Positions 57,558 to 64,000 of a stretch of 64,000 nucleotides of DNA are shown here, in pieces (the stretch's first letter is position 1; each line of letters opens with the position of its first letter). The translations under genes were made by a program, and so were the position numbers. The stretch lies in NCBI RefSeq assembly GCF_009914755.1, contig NC_060929.1. The stretch is one strand, 5' to 3'. This stretch comes from the human T2T-CHM13v2.0 reference genome, Homo sapiens. Under the pieces are notes generated by a model, which was given only the letters and a program-made list of their open reading frames with translations, did not search any database and had not been told where the DNA came from.

Positions 57558-58390
57558 GAAGGTGCTTTTTATAATACATGTACACAGATGAAAAATGACA
57601 AAGCCTTGTCAAAAATTTGTGATATGTGCCTTCCTCTACTGTACTCCCCCCAAAAATCAAATTAATATTGCTTTCTGAGTTCTGTGAGAGGACTTAACCG
57701 AATCTTTTGACTTCTAGATACTATTACAGTTGTTTTCCTAAGATATTTTCTAGGAAACAAGGATAAAAACTTTTGAGGTTTTGAAATCTTAGGCTAATAG
57801 AAAAATTGTTTCCCATAAGATATGGTGAAATTTTTCCAAAGCTACATGAATTCCTACAAATGAGATATTTTTCCTTATAAGTAGAGGAGGAATTTACCCA
57901 AAACAGTGATGTAAGTTGGGCTTTTGATCCCAAATAGTGTGTGCATGTGTGTCGCTTATTATTTTAAAATGTTAGAGATACAGACATAAGAATATGTCTT
58001 TCAAAATCGAGTTTTAAGAAGTTGAGAATATCTTTATAGAATCTTCCTGAAACTTGTGCTAACTAATTAGGTGGAGATTAAAAAAAGTATCTTGGAAAGA
58101 GCGGTGCCTACAGGAATAAATGAGATTTGAAGATTACTAGGCTATACCTTCACTTCACACCCAAATATCTGTCTGGCCACCCTCAAATTTCTTCAGCTGA
58201 AATTCTTCCTTGCCTCCTTTTCAGCCATGAATTCTGATTAGTTTGAAAGCAAACTAAATACCAACAAAATGGAGGATAAGCAGAAATGGTTACAGTACAT
58301 TATTTTAGCCTCAATAGCTAATAATAAATATTGAAGATTAATAATATATATTTATGCATATAAAATATTAACATATTAACAACATATTAA

Positions 58391-58803
58391 TATGGATGAT
58401 CCTCAATTTATAATGGCTCAACTTAAAAATTTTTGACTTTATGAAAGTGTGAAAGAAATATGCATTCTACAGAAGCCACATTTCAAATTTTGAATTTTGG
58501 TCTTTTTCCAGGCTAGGGATATGCAGAATATTACTCTCTCACAGTGCTAGGCAGAGGCAGGGAGACACAGCTCCTAATCAGCCACATGATCAGGAGGATA
58601 AGCAACCCCTACTCTTTAGTATTGTGTTACCAGATGGTTTTGCCCAACTGTAGGCTAAAGTAGGTATTCTGAGCACATTGAAGATAGGCTAGGCTAAGCT
58701 ATGATGCTCTGTAAGCTGGATGTATTAAAAGCACTTTCCAACTATATTAACACACTATGAGTTTGTCAGGACATAACAACATCATAAATTTTGGAGCACC
58801 TGT
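58391..58803. mobile_element. Tigger4-like (TcMar-Tigger) non-autonomous element
   Basis: TA-flanked termini 'tatggatgatcctcaatttataatgg' and 'catcataaattttggagcacctgta'. Confidence 0.7.
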
Positions 58804-59003
58804 ACATCAAATGCTACTGTGCAGCATGCACACAAAAACAAGTTGTGTGTGTGTGTGTCTGTGTGTGTGTGTCTGTGTGGTGACAGTGTGGGTATTTTTT
58901 ATTTTCAATCTTTTAATTATACTGTCTTTTAACTTTTTGACAAAGAAGTTACTTGATGTAAGTTTTCAATGTCAGCAGTTAAGTGATGAAATGAAGTTAC
59001 ATA

Positions 59004-59138
59004 CAGCAGGTCTTCAAAATAACATCATTTTGTTTAACATTGTAACATTGATGAGAAAAAAATGGTTTGTTACATGTGATTTCACTTAAAGTGACTGTTT
59101 CCAAGAACCTATTGGTACTGATAAGTGAGGACTTACTG
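59004..59138. mobile_element. MER47-like Tigger derivative with internal deletion
   Basis: CAGCAGGTCTTCAAAATAAC...TTCCAAGAACCTAT...AAGTGAGGACTTACTG. Confidence 0.65.
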
Positions 59139-61936
59139 TGCAATTTTGTATTAGGGATCAAAGCTTGTTTTTAATTTTTAAAAATATGCTTAAGTCAGTA
59201 GAGGACTCAAGTCAGCATCAGCTCACAGCCAGGGGATGGTGGGAAAGGAAACGTTTGTTGAAGCCCACATTGAGTTGAATCAAAACTTCAGGAAATGAGG
59301 TGAGGATCTCTGCAAATCAGCCCTGTCTGTCTCAGCCTGGACTCAAAGGAAGGCTTAGGATTCCCTAAAGCTTCAGTCAGAAGTCAGGTCACCTAGAGAC
59401 CCTTCATGTTCAAAGTAGAGGGGTTTGAAATCTGAGTCTCACTTCCGTCACACTGCTTCTAGCTTTGATAACAAAATAATGTGCTTTAAAGGCAACTCTC
59501 CCATGTGGGAGAGGGAGTCAAGCAAAATCTATTGAACACAGTCACCTAAACATCCTTCCACGTCACTGGAGCCTTCCACCAAATAGCATTCTCATTCCTT
59601 CACAGCTCGCCGTGGACTGCTTGCTAAGGAAGGATTTTCTTTTTTAACCTAAAGCCAACAGGAAACCTTTTATTTTTATTGCTTCAGGTACATTAAACAG
59701 TGACAAATTTTCTTGGTGTTGGCCTTAATTTTCTATGTTTGAAATATTTTGAAAATTTACTTGGAAAGAGAAAACTATGAGATACTCCAGGCCCTAAAAG
59801 AAGCAGGTTAATTTATATTCAACAAAATAATTCAGGTCATTTCAGTTTGACAAAACCTTCAGTTTGACAAAGGTTCTATAAGGGACAGTAGAACTATAAG
59901 ACACTTGTCTCTAGAGGTTCTGACCCAACCTCTACCTCTAACCCAGAACTTCCATTTCTCTGGGGCCATGTGCTTGCAGATACGCCACCTACAGGCCTTT
60001 AGCCATTATGATTAGACACTGGTTTATGGAATCAGGAACAAGTGAAATAATTCCCAAAGACATAATGGTAATGCCACCAACACCGATTACCAACATTTTT
60101 CAATGAAGGAGAGAGGAATAGAGAGATGCCTAATGAACAGATACATGGCTGTCACTGAGAAAAAGAAGGTAACGTAGAATTAAAATTGCTTAGAGAAGAA
60201 CGTAACTAACTGCATTTCACCCAGGTCCTTCCAGAGGCCCAATTTGCGTTAACTTTAAGCACTAACATACAACTTTTAATAATTTGTGTCCTAAGACTTT
60301 TCACCTAGGACAGCGAAAACAAGTTTAAACAAGGATTTACTAAAATAGGAGTCCATACACATGCAAACACACCTACACATGATGTTAAATTAAGGCATTA
60401 TATAGCATATAGAAATGCAAGGAATGGGATTTTATGAGTTATATATTCAAAATAAATAATATATTTATAAATAAATAAGTTAAATGAGCAAAACAACATC
60501 ACCATTACAGACAACTGATACTATTTTGGGACCTTCCTTCCAGACATCCCTCTCTTTTTTCATACATATCTATACAGATTTTATAGATTATATGTAGGTC
60601 ACATATAAAACTTTATATGCAAATAGACACATTTATATGAAGAAAATGAAATGTTTTCTATAAGTGAATATGCATTCATTCTACATTTATAAAATTTGTA
60701 TCACTTATTTTCTAGTGTCAGAGGTACAGTAACCCATAATTATGGATGGAATTTCTTCTTTCTCATCCTTCTGGAAGGACTCATGTGAGTACACTTTGAA
60801 ATCTCTTAAAGAGTCTTTCTTAAAAAGGAAAATTGCCTGAGAGTCATTGAGGGAATGCTCCCTCAGAGGAATTAGTGAGTTATACCTTTATTAAGTGACA
60901 GTTAATGCAATCCAACAATTTCTGCTTTGAGAATTTAGAGGAAAGCTGGCCATTACTCAGGCGGATCCCCTGTGAAGAAAGAGGATACAGTTCCAGGGCT
61001 TCGTGGTGGGCTATGCAGGATGCCAGAGTGGCAGAAGACCGACACCATCTCTCACACTAGGTGCCAGTGACTCTCCTGGGAGACAGTGTACTGTGGTTTA
61101 CTCCCCTCGCCCCACCAAGAGTGGAAGCCAAACTGATCCATTGCTTCTCCTCACACCTTCCATTTTCTTGAACTTCTCAGAGGGCTAGAAGTGCATCATG
61201 GAGGATATTCTGAATTTTCTGCAATTGAGGTATATGGGAACTTCAGTAATTAATCTGGTAAAATTAAAAAGATGTTATTCTATTTGCTCCCTAAGTTTGT
61301 AAGAACTATCTACTGGATAGGAACAGGAGGAGTCTCTATATAGAGATATAAATATAAAGATAGCTATAGATATTTCCAGGGTTGCTGTGCTGTTCAGCTT
61401 CACGGCATAGACTTCACATAGTGCAGGCAGCACACAGTGGCTCAGATGATTGCATAGAATGTATTATATTTGGTATTTGGCAACTTGTCATATAAGTGTA
61501 TGTGAAAACACTTTTTTACATTTAAAGGCTACAGAGTGCTACATTGTATAAATGCACCACAATTTATATAATCAATCTTCTATTGGTGTACATTTTAATC
61601 TATGGTTTCTCTATTCCAATAATGCTGTAATGAGCATGTTTTACATATATCTTTCTATGTTTTCCACTTATTTACTTCAGATAAGTACCTAGAAACATAA
61701 TTGATGGATAAAAGCCATGCCTGTTTGTAATTGATGTACATCTCTCATCTACTGCGTCTCAGCTACTGCATCAGTAGCTGATGCTCACACGAAAAATAAA
61801 TATTAGATTGATTTTGTTGTTTGTTTTCTTCATTAATGTTATGGCCAAGATTTTCATGTCGCCTCCTTCAGGCCATTCCCCTATAAGAGTGTGTGTCTCC
61901 ATGTGTGTGAATAGTGATGGGCAGGGGGAGGTCGGC

Positions 61937-62290
61937 TGTTGTTGCAGACACTAGCAACTTGTTCACCCCAGCCTTTTGCTGGGGTACCCAGCTAAATACC
62001 ACATCGCCCATACTTCCCTGCAGTTAAGTTTTTTCATGGGACTGATATCTAAGCAATAGAAGGAGAAAGTGGTATCATTTTGAGACCTGGCCCATAAGAA
62101 TCTCCCCTGAAATCTCCAGTCTCTTTTCTTTTCCTGTCTGCCTGCTGAGTACAGGGTAACATGGGATTTGGAGTGATTTCATAAAGCACAGCCTTTCTTC
62201 CCCACCATCAATCCTGACCCTTTTGCCAACCTGCTTCAGTCTATAATTGTGTGTAAGCCACTGGAGGGTTTTTTTTTTTTTACACAAAAG
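61937..62290 (+). mobile_element. Old MaLR LTR remnant (MLT1H/I/J-like)
   Basis: 'acttccctgcagttaag...catgggactga...agacctggcccataag...gtgtaagccactggag'. Confidence 0.5.
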
Positions 62291-62589
62291 CTGCCACATG
62301 GTAAATATTACACATGTGGCAGTAATTCTTGCAGTTCTTATTGGGAAGGAGGATGTTAAGCGTGACAGCATGAGGAGGTGGGTGAGTGAGCTCTTGAGAT
62401 TCCAAAGTGTGGCTTGTGGAGGGAGAATTGAGAAACTTGGTAGCGCCTATGAATAACATGGATTTTATATCATCTTGCCAAATTCTCTGTCAGTTAAGAT
62501 TTCAAGTTTTGGACAGCTTTTGCCTTCTCTTAGAGCCATAATTTTTATTCTGCAAAAATTGGTAACAACAAGAATAACAACTTTCTTTT

Positions 62590-62810
62590 GTTGACCAAGT
62601 ACTCTGTGCCAGGTATTGTGTGAGCATCTTTACATTTATTGTTTTACATAATTCTGGCAAGAAACCAGGAAAACAGATTTATTAACCCCAATTTATAAGT
62701 GACAACATGGAGGCTTATGATGCTCAGGTTTATGCAACTAGAAGGTGGTAGTGCTGGGATTTAAGTCATAGTCTACTTGAATAAAAATATCTGGACTTAA
62801 ATCACAACCA
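62590..62810 (-). mobile_element. MIR
   Basis: 'tactctgtgccaggtattgtg...ccccaatttataagtgac...gctgggatttaag'. Confidence 0.7.
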
Positions 62811-63589
62811 TATTACATACCTCAGAGGCTTGTGGTAAGAATTAAACAGAGAAAAATTCTCAGCTCCTCAACCCCCCTTCCCACACACACTCATGCTTAT
62901 TGAAGCACTAGTTATCTTTTCTCATCCCTGCCTCTTAGCATAGATTTTAAGCCACCTCAAAGGGTATCTTTGTCAACAACTTTTTGCCTTAGTGATTGTA
63001 CCTCAGTCATTAGATGTTCTAAATTGAATTTATGATTTTAGATACAACTGAAAGCCAAAATTTGTGAAATATTTTAGTAATCTTCTTACCCTCATACTTT
63101 TCTCTTAAAGTTTTCCAAAATTATATAGATTTCCAATGACTACACTAACAAGTAACTGCATTTATCACACTGACTCTGGAGATCAAAAGTTCTCTTGGTC
63201 AAAGATAATACCTTGAAGGTACATAAAGAAGTTTGTGCAATCTCATTTTTGGTACCATCCCCAAATAAAATCTGATTAAAAAAAAACATTGCTATCATTT
63301 TGGTACACAGAGAGAAACACGCACACACACACATGCACAGAAATATGCTTTACCTTGTAATAAAAAATACAATACCTTCTATCAGCAAGATTGTTTCTTT
63401 GCTTTGTTGTTGTTGTTGCTGTTTGGTTGGTTGGTTTGCTTTTTGCTTGTTTTTCTTTAAAGGGCTGAATTAAATCAACTTATTCTTTTGGTGGCCCATG
63501 GAATAAAAATCTTCACTGCTTAACATATTATATTTTACTAAAGCATTCTGGTTTCACAGCCAATGCCTAATTCCAACTCTGTAATAATA

Positions 63590-64000
63590 ACAGCTGCTAT
63601 TTGTACACCTTGTACTATGTGCCAGAAAATCAAGCAAGTGCTTCATATGACACAACAACCTATGAGAAAGATTCTATTGTCATCTTATCCTATCTTACCA
63701 AAGTGGAAATTAAGCTTATAGAAGTTAAATCACTCCCCAGTAGTGAGCCGTCAATGAGGGGAAGGGTCTGCCTGTCCCAACAGTCTGAGCATTTGACTTT
63801 TACATATATTACTCTCTTACCTTTCTACTTTTATGGCTGAGTCTACATAAAATAGATATTAAAACTAAGGGTGTATATGTATCGAGTGCTTATTGTGTGC
63901 TGTGCACTATTCTACATCATTTACATCATAATTCCCTTTACTCTTACCTATGAATTATGTATATCATTTGTCCGCATTTTATAGATGAGAATTCTGGGAC
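63590..64000 (-). mobile_element. Two MIR fragments
   Basis: 'tactatgtgccag...acaacaacctatgag...gaagttaaatcactcccc' and 'gagtgcttattgtgtgc...cattttatagatgagaa'. Confidence 0.7.

Overview
This is AT-rich primate DNA, almost certainly human, because it carries an L1HS-Ta insertion with the ACA and G diagnostic bases. It looks intergenic or deep-intronic. I see no intact protein-coding gene, RNA gene, CpG island or CRISPR array, and nearly all ORFs in the track are L1 ORF2 remnants, Alu or microsatellite read-throughs, or chance ORFs. Much of the window is recognisable repeat: L1 elements from ancient L1M to L1HS, nine Alus, L2/MIR, MaLR and ERV LTRs, an ERVL pro-pol remnant, and hAT and Tigger elements. 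There is also one old processed pseudogene resembling COX6B2. I found no new biological system. The real signal is mechanistic: (1) a twin-primed L1 insertion carrying a 3' transduction; (2) an old inverted templated copy of nearby DNA inside an MLT1D LTR, with junction microhomology; (3) an L1 and an AluY that used the same target site, leaving three copies of it; (4) a possibly polymorphic L1HS-Ta; (5) three further 5'-inverted L1s. Repeat subfamily names come from my recollection of consensus sequences and need RepeatMasker/Dfam confirmation.
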